The position numbers and the translations under genes are program-made. The notes under the pieces were generated by a model. That model worked only from the letters and a program-made list of their open reading frames with translations. It was not told where the DNA came from and did not search any database. Shown piece by piece: positions 48,408 through 57,898 of a stretch of DNA of 64,000 nt. The DNA lies in IMG/VR virus record IMGVR_UViG_3300048588_001019, positions 16,486 through 80,485 of that record; one strand, given 5' to 3'. This DNA comes from a virus. Position 1 is the stretch's first letter. Each line of letters begins with the position of its first letter.

Positions 48408-49736
48408 ATGCTTTTACGTGTTCGTAAATGTCCGCAAACTAGCGGACACTCGAAAGCTTCACAATTATCTGCGAGCGTTCTATCTTCTCCTCGTGTCAAC
48501 GCGAGGTGCCTTTTGTCCTACGCTCTTAACTATCTAATGAAAACCAACTGGGCCATGACTGATGAGGCTTTGCTAAATCTGATCTCGGTGGTCAGGACTC
48601 ACAAAAGGGAAAGAGCACTTGAAAGGTTTCCTGGCGAATCGGTGAAGAATGCCCACAGGGCTTACAATCGGGGCGGGGTGGGCATCATCCCGGTCCGTGA
48701 CTCACTCTTCATGCGCGCAAATCTCATGACCAGGCACTGCGGAGCCACCGCCTACGAAACGCTAATGCACGATTTCCATAGACTGATAGAGGACGCTTCG
48801 ATTCAAAGCATTCTATTTGAAATCGACAGTCCCGGCGGTGAAGCCGGAGGCTGCTCAGAGCTTTCAGACGCTATTTTTGAGGCCCGCGGCCGAAAACCGA
48901 TTTTCGCTTATATCTCAGACTATGGCGCGTCCGCTGCATACTGGATTGCAAGCGCCTGTGACAGGATTTATGCCTCGGATTCCGCCATCGTCGGAAGCAT
49001 TGGCGTTCAAATAGTGGCTCACTCCGAAACATCAGATAGTGAAATCCGCATCGTCGCCAGCCAATCACCAAACAAAAATATCGATCCAGGAACAGAGGCA
49101 GGAGAAAAGGCTCTTCAGGAGCGTGCCGACGCTCTGGCTGAGATTTTTATACAAAAAGTGGCCAGAAATCGCGGCATAAGCCGTGAGACTGTCCTGGAAA
49201 CGTACGGCCAGGGCGGGGTCCTGGTGGGTGAAAACGCCCGTAAGGAGGGACTTGTCGATGAAATTTCAACTTTTGAAAAAATCATATCATTTCTCGGGGA
49301 GAAGACTGTGAAACCAGAAGAAATTACGACGGCATATATCGCCGAAGAACACCCGGATATTGCCAGGTATTTCATGGCGGAAGGCGAAAAGGCGACTCTT
49401 GCCCGCATTGCTGCTGAGGATGAGCGCAAATCCCGAATCCGGGCACTCGGAAAGGGCCAGGTGTCGGATGGGTTTTTGAGCATACTGATCGATCGCGGCG
49501 TTTCAGTTCAGGATGCCGCGATGCAAATTCTTGAGGAAGCGCAAAAAAATCCGCTCCGAACCATTTCGAATGCCGTTCAGAAGGAACACGATGCACAGCT
49601 GGCTGAACTCAACACACCTCCAGTGTCAGAGGCTGCCAGGACCGGGGACGAAAAAGCGATACTTGATCGGCAACTTGAGGCAGCTCTCCATCTATCGCAA
49701 AAAATCGATGAGTTTAAAATCAGGGGGGTCAAATGA
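48408..49736 (+). CDS. S49 capsid maturation protease/scaffold (probable start TTG 48513)
   Basis: IDSPGGE, ASAAYWIASA, VGSIGV; GAGGTG RBS before 48513. Confidence 0.93.
   Translation: MLLRVRKCPQTSGHSKASQLSASVLSSPRVNARCLLSYALNYLMKTNWAMTDEALLNLISVVRTHKRERALERFPGESVKNAHRAYNRGGVGIIPVRDSLFMRANLMTRHCGATAYETLMHDFHRLIEDASIQSILFEIDSPGGEAGGCSELSDAIFEARGRKPIFAYISDYGASAAYWIASACDRIYASDSAIVGSIGVQIVAHSETSDSEIRIVASQSPNKNIDPGTEAGEKALQERADALAEIFIQKVARNRGISRETVLETYGQGGVLVGENARKEGLVDEISTFEKIISFLGEKTVKPEEITTAYIAEEHPDIARYFMAEGEKATLARIAAEDERKSRIRALGKGQVSDGFLSILIDRGVSVQDAAMQILEEAQKNPLRTISNAVQKEHDAQLAELNTPPVSEAARTGDEKAILDRQLEAALHLSQKIDEFKIRGVK
48429..48448. promoter_or_regulatory. 20-bp palindrome upstream of the capsid genes
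   Basis: TGTCCGCAAACTAGCGGACA, related to 43994-44013. Confidence 0.7.
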
Positions 49737-50131
49737 GTTACGACTATCAGCCTTCGTGGCGAACAGCCGGTGAATATAGACCGGCTTTTATTCATAGAGG
49801 CAATTTTCCGGCTCGCCGTGATTCGGTGACGATTGAAAAAGGCCAAAGGCTCACAGCCGGCGCCATTCTCGGGCGGAAAACAGCCTCCGGAAAATACGTT
49901 TTGTGCTCAAAAACGGCAAAGGACGGAACAGCCATCGCGGACGGAAGTGAAAAACCGGTCTGCATTCTCCAGCATGACGCCGACGCCACTGATGCCGACA
50001 GGAAAGCTCTGATTTTCAGAACAGGTGCCTTTCTGGGTCTTGATCTTAATGTGGGGAGCGGCCACACGGTTTTGGGTGTGGAGGAGGACCTGATCCTTCG
50101 CTGCATTTTTATCGACAAGGGTGAGGACTGA
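49733..50131 (+). CDS. Head decoration protein (lambda gpD-like)
   Basis: GQRLTAGAILG...DGSEKPVCIL..DADA; position before the major capsid gene. Confidence 0.9.
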   Translation: MSYDYQPSWRTAGEYRPAFIHRGNFPARRDSVTIEKGQRLTAGAILGRKTASGKYVLCSKTAKDGTAIADGSEKPVCILQHDADATDADRKALIFRTGAFLGLDLNVGSGHTVLGVEEDLILRCIFIDKGED

Positions 50132-50134
50132 TTC

Positions 50135-51163
50135 ATGAATACGCTGCCCATTTACAGCACCTACTATCTGAACCGTCTTGTCGAGCGTCTTGTGCCGCGC
50201 CCGATGTTTTTTGCGGATAGATTCTTCCCGACAGTGGTCCAGTCGCTGCGGGAGGAGGTTTACTTTGATGAGGCTCCTGGCGTCAAAGCCGGTATTGCCC
50301 CTTTCGTTCACCCGCTCAACGAAGCCCCGATGATCAGAAGCCAGGGCTATCGGACGAAGTCCTTCAAGCCTGCCTACATCAAGGAAAAAACGGATCTGAC
50401 GCCCGACCGTGGATTCACCCGCCTCGCAGGCGAAGGTTTTGGCGGGGAGTTGACCCCAATGCAGCGTCTTGAAGTCCTTCTGACACGGGACATCAAGCGC
50501 CTTCAGGATAGATGGATGAACAGGATCGAACTCATGGCGGCCGAGGTGGTCAAAACAGGAATGCTTACCATCAAAGGCGATGGCCTTGATGCTGTGCTCG
50601 ACTTCGAGCGCGACAAATCACTGGGCACCAAACTCACGGGTGACAAGTCCTGGGCCAACAAGGCTTTTCCGATGCGCTCCTGGATTCAGAAAAGACAGGC
50701 GAACATGGCCCGTCTAAACCTGAGACAAAGGCGGCCAGGGATGATGATCATGCACGAGAGCGCCTATGACCTTTTTCTTGCCTGCGATGAAGTGCAAAGA
50801 ATGCTGCCTGACTATATTCGTGGCGCGGAGCTTCGGCTCCTGCAAACACCCGGTGCCCAGTCTTTTGATAGCCTCGTCTACAAAGGAAATTTTGGAAACG
50901 TTGATATCTACGTGTACGACGCCGTTTCCGATGACGGAAAGGCCTATATCGATGAAAATCAGGTGCTTTTATGCTGCGATGGGGTGGACGGCATCCGATT
51001 CTTTGGGGCAATTCATGATCTTGATGCCAATCTGGTTCCACAAAAAACCTTCCTGAAGTCATGGACCATTGAGGATCCAAGCCAGCGGCTGGTCATGCTG
51101 CAATCGGCGCCGCTCCTTGCGACCTTTGACCCCAACACTGCAGAACTTATTACGGTGGCCTGA
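50135..51163 (+). CDS. Major capsid protein (lambda gpE family)
   Basis: FADRFF, IAPFV.P, FKPAYIKEK, DPS...VMLQSAPL. Confidence 0.95.
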   Translation: MNTLPIYSTYYLNRLVERLVPRPMFFADRFFPTVVQSLREEVYFDEAPGVKAGIAPFVHPLNEAPMIRSQGYRTKSFKPAYIKEKTDLTPDRGFTRLAGEGFGGELTPMQRLEVLLTRDIKRLQDRWMNRIELMAAEVVKTGMLTIKGDGLDAVLDFERDKSLGTKLTGDKSWANKAFPMRSWIQKRQANMARLNLRQRRPGMMIMHESAYDLFLACDEVQRMLPDYIRGAELRLLQTPGAQSFDSLVYKGNFGNVDIYVYDAVSDDGKAYIDENQVLLCCDGVDGIRFFGAIHDLDANLVPQKTFLKSWTIEDPSQRLVMLQSAPLLATFDPNTAELITVA

Positions 51164-51453
51164 TGCCGGCTACTGAATTTTCCGAAAGCTTCGAGATTAA
51201 CAGGTATGTATTTCAGGCAATTTTCACAGAGTTTGATGAAAAAGCGGAAGGATTCGAGCCTGGCCGCCTTGCGCGGGTGATCCGGATCCTGGTTTTTGAT
51301 GAGGATGCGGCGCTGATGGAGAGCGGCGATGTTATCAGGCGTCTCAGGACCGGTCAGACGTATTCGCTCAAACCCAAAAAAATGTCCGGCGTAGGCCTCG
51401 TGGAGATTGATCTTCACCCGGTCGATGGACGAAGCGTGGAAAGAACATTCTGA
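51163..51453 (+). CDS. Putative head-tail adaptor
   Basis: 96 aa, beta-rich, directly after the capsid gene. Confidence 0.6.
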   Translation: MPATEFSESFEINRYVFQAIFTEFDEKAEGFEPGRLARVIRILVFDEDAALMESGDVIRRLRTGQTYSLKPKKMSGVGLVEIDLHPVDGRSVERTF

Positions 51454-51924
51454 ATGCTAATGGATATCCGAACCGAACTTGAACGTGCGCTGGGAAAAGC
51501 CCTTCCTGAATGGAAACGCTTTTCCGCCAGGGTGCAAAGGATATCCGAGGGGGATCTGCCATGCGTGAATATGTTCCTTCACAGGGATAGGCTGATCGAG
51601 GAAGGCAATGGTCTTGAGCGGCGGCAGGTCATGATCGAAATCGAAGCCGGCTTTATAGTCAAGGCCGATGCCGAAGAGGAATTATCCGATCTGCGCGCCC
51701 GTATTGAGCATGGGGTTGAATCGAGCGAGACTCTGGCGCGGAAGGCTTTAAAATTTCTTTTTATGAATGTGGAATTTTCACACGACATGGCGGGAAGCCA
51801 GCGGGTGGGAGTGCTCACAATGTCAGCACGGATCGATTACGAGCGGCCGTACCCACGTCCGGCAGAGCAAATCATAAGTCCGGTCCTCAGGCCCACCATC
51901 AACGGGGAGAAGGCTGATGGATAA
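51454..51924 (+). CDS. Putative tail terminator/completion protein
   Basis: R...ISEGDLPCVN pattern; position before the baseplate spike gene. Confidence 0.65.
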   Translation: MLMDIRTELERALGKALPEWKRFSARVQRISEGDLPCVNMFLHRDRLIEEGNGLERRQVMIEIEAGFIVKADAEEELSDLRARIEHGVESSETLARKALKFLFMNVEFSHDMAGSQRVGVLTMSARIDYERPYPRPAEQIISPVLRPTINGEKADG

Positions 51925-52513
51925 TGAGCTGGCGGTCCAGGATCTCTCGCGGCGCATGGATAACCTCCTAAGGCCAGGGAAGATCCTGGCTGTGGATTAT
52001 GAAAGGGCCAGGGCCACGGTAAGGCTCGCTGAGAATCTCGTCACGACCTGGCTTCCCTATTTTGCCCGTCGCGCCGGAAATACAATCGACTGGGATCCGC
52101 CTGAACCTGGCGAGCAGTGTCTTGTCCTTGCCCCGGGCGGAGAGCTGGCGGGAGGCTTTATCCTGACCGGGCTTTATTCCGCGGCCCATCCGGCTCCGGC
52201 AAAGGAAAAAAACTTCACACTTAGAAAATATCCGGACGGCCTTGAGCTTTCCTATGACCATGTCGCCCACACGCTTACCATCGCGCGGCAGGATGATCTC
52301 AGCGTGATTGTGAAAGGCTCGCGGATGGAATTCTGGGCGGACAAATTCGAGGTGTTCAGCAGGGCGAAGGTTGGGCTTATGAAGACGATCTCCGACGCCT
52401 TGAAGTCGATCAGTAAGTCCAGCACTTCAACCATGATGGGACCTCAGCCCCTCTTGCCCTCCGCCACGGAGCTGCCAGAGCTGATTGAAAAAATTGATTT
52501 CTTTGGAGGATGA
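51917..52513 (+). CDS. Baseplate spike protein V
   Basis: NLLRPG...TTWLP...RAG....W.PP.PGEQC.VL.PGGE. Confidence 0.93.
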   Translation: MDNELAVQDLSRRMDNLLRPGKILAVDYERARATVRLAENLVTTWLPYFARRAGNTIDWDPPEPGEQCLVLAPGGELAGGFILTGLYSAAHPAPAKEKNFTLRKYPDGLELSYDHVAHTLTIARQDDLSVIVKGSRMEFWADKFEVFSRAKVGLMKTISDALKSISKSSTSTMMGPQPLLPSATELPELIEKIDFFGG

Positions 52514-52703
52514 AGTGCCGCTTCAGGGTTCTGAACAAAGCCTCGCAGACGCGCTCACGTCGGCAGCGAAATCCACGGATGGGGATGCGGACAGGGCCTG
52601 GGAAAAGGTCGCTGACACGATTATCCGCCATATTACGGAGAACGCTGTGATCACAGGTACAACGCCCAATGGCGGACCAATCATGGAGGGAAAAATCACA
52701 TGA
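52485..52703 (+). CDS. Small baseplate-associated protein
   Basis: Coupled between V and W; ends ...GPIMEGKIT. Confidence 0.55.
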   Translation: MKKLISLEDEVPLQGSEQSLADALTSAAKSTDGDADRAWEKVADTIIRHITENAVITGTTPNGGPIMEGKIT

Positions 52704-53011
52704 TTGGAATGGACGAGATAACAGGAAAACTTATCAGTGGCGAAGCCTGGATTCGTCAGGCGGTGAGGCGGGCCATAAAAACCCGGAAAGGCTCGCGGCC
52801 GATGCTCCGCTGGTACGGGGTCAATCATCTGAAATACCTCGACCGCCAGATTACAGCCGGCTCGGTTCTGGATCTCACAGCGGACCTTTCTGACAGCATC
52901 GAGGCCACGATTCCCGGAGCAAGGCTCCAAACGGTCATCGGCCAGGAAAACGGCGAGCGGATCAAAGTCTCGCTTGAACTAGAAACAAACAACATCGAAG
53001 TGGAAGCATAG
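52700..53011 (+). CDS. Baseplate wedge protein W (gp25-like)
   Basis: MIGMD..TGK...I.Q.....T.KGSR.M...YG. Confidence 0.92.
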   Translation: MIGMDEITGKLISGEAWIRQAVRRAIKTRKGSRPMLRWYGVNHLKYLDRQITAGSVLDLTADLSDSIEATIPGARLQTVIGQENGERIKVSLELETNNIEVEA

Positions 53012-53012
53012 G

Positions 53013-53852
53013 ATGCAGCTACCCAAAATTATCGAAACACCCGACTTTCAAAAAAGCCTTGAGGACAACCTCGATCGCTTTACGGCTCTCGCTCGGGAGA
53101 AAATCCCAGGTTTCACAAGGCCGACTGCTGCGGACCCTGCGTACCATCTTCTGGTCGAGATCACCCTCCTTCGGGTCATAATCACGGAGAAGACAAACGC
53201 CGCAGCTTATGCGCAGCTTATAAAGCTGTCGAATGATCTCGAATTCATCTTCAAGGGCAAACTCCGTTCGGGCGAGGACTATGAAGCCTTTCGGGCGAGA
53301 ATGCGCGGAACCAGGTATCTCGCTTCGTCAGCAGGGACGGTGGCCATGTATAAGGCCCTGTCGTTTCTTTATGGCGAGGCCACCCTTGGCACAGGAAGGG
53401 ATGCACGATCAGCTTCAGTCAAGGATGCCCATGTTCAGGTTTCAGGCGGGGCCATTCTTGTTCATGTGCTCGTGAGCAGCGAGGCGGCTGATATGAAGGC
53501 GGCTGTGGTTTCCGCCCTGACCGAAGCCTTCAAGCAGGAAGGGGTCAAACCTGCACTGGATTCGGTGACATTCCGTGCGGCTCTCACAACGCCGTTTCCG
53601 ATTGCAGCGACGATTTCCCTCATGCCGGGATTTGGTCAGGATCATAAGGCCACGATTGAGAAGAATTTCCGGGAAAGGTTTGAGTCTGAGAAGCGCCTCG
53701 GCTGGGTTCCGACCGTAAGCTGGATCATCAAGGAGCTGCACCAGACGGGTGTCCGGTCCGTGGCGCTGCGCTCGCCTATGAGTAATATCCCAGTTCAGCC
53801 TGAGCGCTATGCTGTGATCTCCACACTCGATCTTACGATGGAGATGGCATGA
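53013..53852 (+). CDS. Baseplate protein J
   Basis: LPKIIE..DF, DP, SAG...Y, KPALDSV, GVRSV. Confidence 0.88.
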   Translation: MQLPKIIETPDFQKSLEDNLDRFTALAREKIPGFTRPTAADPAYHLLVEITLLRVIITEKTNAAAYAQLIKLSNDLEFIFKGKLRSGEDYEAFRARMRGTRYLASSAGTVAMYKALSFLYGEATLGTGRDARSASVKDAHVQVSGGAILVHVLVSSEAADMKAAVVSALTEAFKQEGVKPALDSVTFRAALTTPFPIAATISLMPGFGQDHKATIEKNFRERFESEKRLGWVPTVSWIIKELHQTGVRSVALRSPMSNIPVQPERYAVISTLDLTMEMA

Positions 53853-54253
53853 TTGAGCCCATCTTCCGAAAGCTATACCCGGCATTCGACCCGGAGCCGA
53901 TTGAAAACATCCGGCTTCGCGCGAACCCCGAGATCAGGGAGGCCATCCTCTGGGAATACAGCCTTGAGCCGCTCCTTCCGTATGCCGTCGACCCCCAAAT
54001 GCTCGATGAGGAAGTCCAGGATTTCATGCGGCTTCATGGGACGCTTTTTGCGATCCGTACAGCCATGCGCTGGGTGGGATTTGAAAGCATAAGGTTCATC
54101 CCGCTTTCCTACTTTGAATATGAAGTCGATCCCGGTCGCATCCCATCGGAGCGGGAAATTGAGGCCATTCGCGCCGCTCTATATGTATCAGTTCAGGCCC
54201 GCGGCAAGCTTAAACGAATCTTTCATGGATCATTCGAGGTCAAATATGAGTGA
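53849..54253 (+). CDS. Baseplate/tail protein I-like (short)
   Basis: WEYSL...GT..AI..A..W.G; follows J. Confidence 0.75.
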   Translation: MIEPIFRKLYPAFDPEPIENIRLRANPEIREAILWEYSLEPLLPYAVDPQMLDEEVQDFMRLHGTLFAIRTAMRWVGFESIRFIPLSYFEYEVDPGRIPSEREIEAIRAALYVSVQARGKLKRIFHGSFEVKYE

Positions 54254-54743
54254 CGCACTCTACGTGCATGGAATCATCATCAGTCAGGCGACTGGCGAAG
54301 CCCAGGAGATACGCTCGCCATCGACGAGTGTTGTGGGAATTGTGGGGACAGCACCCGCCAGCAAGGATCTAACTGTCAATTTTCCTCGGGATTTCCTCGG
54401 GAAAAAGGCTGCACTTGACATTATTTATCCTGAGGGGGCAACGGGCGACAAGGGAACGCTTTATGATGCCGTGATCGGTGTTCAGGAGCAGGGCCTTGCC
54501 CGTATGGTCCTTGTGAAGTCCGCATCGGGATCTCAGTCTGATATTTTAAAAGCCATTGATGCTTTGCCAATGGCCAAATCGGTGACGGGTCATAAGCCCA
54601 AGATTCTGATTGTGCCCGGCTTTGGCAGTGAGATCACGCAGGCCACGGTGAATCCTGCACCGACACCAAACCCGACGCCTTCGCCCAATCCGATGCCTTC
54701 GCCGGAACCCGAAAACAATCGAAACAGACCCCGGGGGACCTGA
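54246..54743 (+). CDS. Tail sheath protein, N-terminal part
   Basis: HGI...TSVVGIVGTAP...GTL...PKILIVPGF then a Pro-rich tail; TGA at 54741. Confidence 0.85.
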   Translation: MSDALYVHGIIISQATGEAQEIRSPSTSVVGIVGTAPASKDLTVNFPRDFLGKKAALDIIYPEGATGDKGTLYDAVIGVQEQGLARMVLVKSASGSQSDILKAIDALPMAKSVTGHKPKILIVPGFGSEITQATVNPAPTPNPTPSPNPMPSPEPENNRNRPRGT

Positions 54744-54746
54744 TCC

Positions 54747-55505
54747 ATGGCTGACACCGCAAATCCAATTGTGACAAAACTCGTGTCCGTAGCGCGGCGC
54801 CTAAAGGCCATTGCAGTTGTCGATGGCCCGGAGGATGAAAAGCAGCTGAAAAAGTTCCGTGACCTTAATGGCAACACCCGCCTTTACATCGTTTCGCCAA
54901 AGGTCAAGGTCGCGGCTGACGACAAAACAATTTCCGCTCCCGCGAGTTCGTATGTGGCTGGTGTATTTTCAAGAATCAACTTCTGGCAGTCGCCATCGAA
55001 TCAGCCACTTTATGGAATTCTTGGAACAAGCGTTGGGATCTCGTTTGAGATGGATGATCCCGAGTCCACGGCCCAGCAGTATAACGCCATGCAAATTGCG
55101 ACTCTTATCCGTGAGGATGGGGGCTTCAGAGTCTGGGGAGCAAAGGGTACAGGAAGTCCTTCGGACTCAAAAACGAGTCAGATTCAAAAGGTCCGAATCG
55201 CCGATGCCATCGAGGAAGCCATTGCCGCTTCAACACGCTGGGCGGTGGCGGCAGGGATCAATCGCGACTTCATAGGAGCGGTCGAAAGAAAGGTGAATAA
55301 CTTTTTTTCAGATCTGATCCGTGAAGGGGCCATTGTCGGCGGCGAATGTAAGGGTGATGCGGAGCGCAATACAGCCGACGCTCTGGCCCGCGGCGATGTC
55401 TATTGGAAGTATAGCTTCACGCCAGCCGCCGTGGCCGAGACGCTTCACTTTGAAGGATTCAACACCAATAAATACTACGAAAATTTTGGAGAAGGAGCCC
55501 AATGA
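54747..55505 (+). CDS. Tail sheath protein, C-terminal part
   Basis: NPIV..L...ARRLKAIAVVDGP, FWQSPSN, GFRVWG, GAIVGG, FTP...E; same frame as the N-terminal part. Confidence 0.9.
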   Translation: MADTANPIVTKLVSVARRLKAIAVVDGPEDEKQLKKFRDLNGNTRLYIVSPKVKVAADDKTISAPASSYVAGVFSRINFWQSPSNQPLYGILGTSVGISFEMDDPESTAQQYNAMQIATLIREDGGFRVWGAKGTGSPSDSKTSQIQKVRIADAIEEAIAASTRWAVAAGINRDFIGAVERKVNNFFSDLIREGAIVGGECKGDAERNTADALARGDVYWKYSFTPAAVAETLHFEGFNTNKYYENFGEGAQ

Positions 55506-56716
55506 ATTCATTTCGTCTGATTTTATTCGCAGCCATTTTATGTTTAGGCTTTGCCGCTTTCGCCCAGCAAACAGCGCCGCTTTTTTCCGATAATGAAAGT
55601 CCCACGTTTGAAAGCACATATCTTATCGACAACATAGGGACAAACAGCAAGGGAGGGGACCTCACGCTCAGGATCCACAAGACCGCCCCATTCGGTGAGT
55701 GCAAGGACAGGGTCAACTGCCCTGCATCGGTGATTGTTTCCGGGGCCACGGGAAATGTGAACATGCCTGTTGACGTGAATGTCCGCTCACTTCATGTCGG
55801 AAAGAATCCGGTGATTGATGCCGGAGGAAAATGGGTTGGTCCTTCCACAGGACTCATCGGTCCCAAGGGTGACAAAGGCGATCCCGGCATCCCGGGTCCC
55901 AAAGGGGACAGGGGTGAACCGGGGCCTCTTGGTCCGCGCGGTGAACGTGGCTTTGATGGTGCCCTGGGACCAGCCGGCCCCAAAGGTGACAAGGGCGATC
56001 CCGGCATTCAAGGCCCTTCAGGGGAAAAAGGCGAAGCGGGACCTCCCGGACTTCGTGGTGAGCGCGGCCCTGAAGGCCTTCAGGGACTCATCGGTCCCAA
56101 AGGTGACAAGGGTGATCCCGGAAAGCCCGGCGACGGCTGCTGGTACGACGATCAAACGCAAAGAATCAGATGCGGGGAGACCTGGATTGAAATCGCGAAT
56201 CTCAAAGGTCCGAAAGGTGATTCCGGATCTGCAGGACCGAAGGGTGATAGAGGCGACAAGGGCGAGAAGGGCGAGAAGGGCGACAAGGGTGATCGGGGAA
56301 TTCCAGGTGAAAGCTGCTGGTATGACGACCAGGCGCAAAGGATCAACTGTGCGGGAGGCACCTGGATTCCGATTGCTCTTCTGAAAGGACCGCAGGGTGA
56401 AAGAGGACCGATGGGGCTGACAGGGCCAATGGGCAGCGCCGGACCCATGGGTCCTCAAGGGCCAAAAGGAACTGTAGGCAGCTGCAGGAAGGTCCTATCT
56501 GAAACAACTCTTCTCAACATTGCAGAGGTATCCGCCTCCTGCGATGAGGGTGAAATTCTGACTGGTGGAGGCTGCTACATCTCAAACGGAATAGGGCATC
56601 AACTGCAGTCCTCTGTTCCCATCCTTGAGGAAGGCACATGGTATTGCGAGTGGATCTGGAAGTCAGGCGTGAGCCCACAGGCCAAAGGTCAGGCCTTTGC
56701 CACCTGCTGCAAATGA
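55502..56716 (+). CDS. Collagen-like protein with Sec signal peptide and Cys-rich C-terminal domain
   Basis: MNSFRLILFAAILCLGFAAFA/QQ; three Gly-X-Y blocks separated by two CWYDDQ.QRI.C..TWI repeats; C-terminus SC..GE.LTGGGC...WYC...ATCC. Confidence 0.9.
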   Translation: MNSFRLILFAAILCLGFAAFAQQTAPLFSDNESPTFESTYLIDNIGTNSKGGDLTLRIHKTAPFGECKDRVNCPASVIVSGATGNVNMPVDVNVRSLHVGKNPVIDAGGKWVGPSTGLIGPKGDKGDPGIPGPKGDRGEPGPLGPRGERGFDGALGPAGPKGDKGDPGIQGPSGEKGEAGPPGLRGERGPEGLQGLIGPKGDKGDPGKPGDGCWYDDQTQRIRCGETWIEIANLKGPKGDSGSAGPKGDRGDKGEKGEKGDKGDRGIPGESCWYDDQAQRINCAGGTWIPIALLKGPQGERGPMGLTGPMGSAGPMGPQGPKGTVGSCRKVLSETTLLNIAEVSASCDEGEILTGGGCYISNGIGHQLQSSVPILEEGTWYCEWIWKSGVSPQAKGQAFATCCK

Positions 56717-56726
56717 GGAGCCGTGA

Positions 56727-57248
56727 ATGTCCGTTAAATTTCCTTTGTACCTCAAAAATTTCAATCTGATCCTCGGTCCAACCGATTATGCCGGCGTTGC
56801 TGAAGAGGTCACGTTCCCAAAGATCGCCTACAAAACCGAGGAGGTGTTGAACGCCGGCATGGCGATGCCCATCAAGATGCCGACCGTGCTTGAGGCAATG
56901 GATGTGACCTTCAAGTTGAGCGAGCAGACCTTTGAAGGATTTGTTCTGGCGGGCGCTCCGACCGCAGGGCTGGTTGATGCCGTGGTTTATGGGCACATGC
57001 AAAATGCACTCGGTGCAACCTCCGAGCTGATTTACGCGATGCGCGGGACCATCCTCAAGATTGACCCAGGATCTGCAAAGAATGGGGATCTCAAGGCGGG
57101 CGTGCAAACGCTGGAGATGAATCTCATGTCGCTCGTTGTCACGCGCGACAGCATTCCAATTTTCGCTGTCGATGCTCAGAACGGAGTCATCAAACACGGT
57201 CCCCTTGATCACTTCGAGTCGGCGCGAAAGAATTTGAAGCTTGGTTAA
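56727..57248 (+). CDS. Major tail tube protein (P2 FII-like)
   Basis: LKNFNL...Y.G.AEEVT.PK...K.E...AGM. Confidence 0.92.
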   Translation: MSVKFPLYLKNFNLILGPTDYAGVAEEVTFPKIAYKTEEVLNAGMAMPIKMPTVLEAMDVTFKLSEQTFEGFVLAGAPTAGLVDAVVYGHMQNALGATSELIYAMRGTILKIDPGSAKNGDLKAGVQTLEMNLMSLVVTRDSIPIFAVDAQNGVIKHGPLDHFESARKNLKLG

Positions 57249-57284
57249 TAGCATGAAAAAGGTTTTAAGAAGGGAAAATTTCAG

Positions 57285-57680
57285 ATGATCCATAGGCTTA
57301 TTCACCCCTTTGAGCACGAGGGAACGACCTATACCACTATTGAATTGCCCGATGCCGCAAGGCTCAGGCATCAGGTCGCATCGCTTCGTGTGGCAAGAGA
57401 TGCCGCGGAGAAAAGTGCCGGGCTTAAGGTGGACCTTTCCCTCTCTGATGATGCTCTATTAAACCCGGATCTAGTCCGCATGCTGGAGATCAACCTTGAA
57501 AGTGATCGGGCCATGATCGAAGCCTTCTGTGAGGATCTTCCGGCTGATGCGCTTGATGAACTTTCGATCGAGGACATGGAAGTGATCAACGCCCATATCA
57601 GGCGGCTCATGCACCGTGAGGCCAAAGCGGGCGAGGCGGAGCCTGGAAAAAAGCCGACCCGTCCCGGTCACTCCGCATGA
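57285..57680 (+). CDS. Tail assembly chaperone (gpE-like)
   Basis: L.HP...G, LDELSIEDM; between tube and tape measure. Confidence 0.8.
   Translation: MIHRLIHPFEHEGTTYTTIELPDAARLRHQVASLRVARDAAEKSAGLKVDLSLSDDALLNPDLVRMLEINLESDRAMIEAFCEDLPADALDELSIEDMEVINAHIRRLMHREAKAGEAEPGKKPTRPGHSA
57647..57653 (+). other. Programmed -1 frameshift site (A AAA AAG) of the tail chaperone
   Basis: In-frame heptamer; the -1 frame continues ADPSRSLR into ORF 57677-57898. Confidence 0.8.
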
Positions 57681-57898
57681 TCATGCGGGCCGTCGCTGTC
57701 ATGCGGGAGCGCTATGGTTTCACGGCCTTTGAATGCATGGAGATGACCATGGACGAATTTGAGGAATGGCTCGGGGCGCTGGATGATTCGAAAGACGATC
57801 CGAATGAGGGAGAGGTGGCGGTATATGTCGAGACAGGTCAGCGTGTTGATCCGCGCAGTATTAGACAGCGCGTTCAAGAGCACTTTTCAAACGGCTGA
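57677..57898 (+). CDS. Tail chaperone frameshift extension (gpE'-like)
   Basis: YGFT..E..EMT.DEF.EW pattern. Confidence 0.7.
   Translation: MIMRAVAVMRERYGFTAFECMEMTMDEFEEWLGALDDSKDDPNEGEVAVYVETGQRVDPRSIRQRVQEHFSNG

Noticed and set aside
55850-56470. Short tandem DNA repeats and antisense Pro/Gly ORFs
   Set aside because: Fully explained by Gly-X-Y collagen coding on the + strand.
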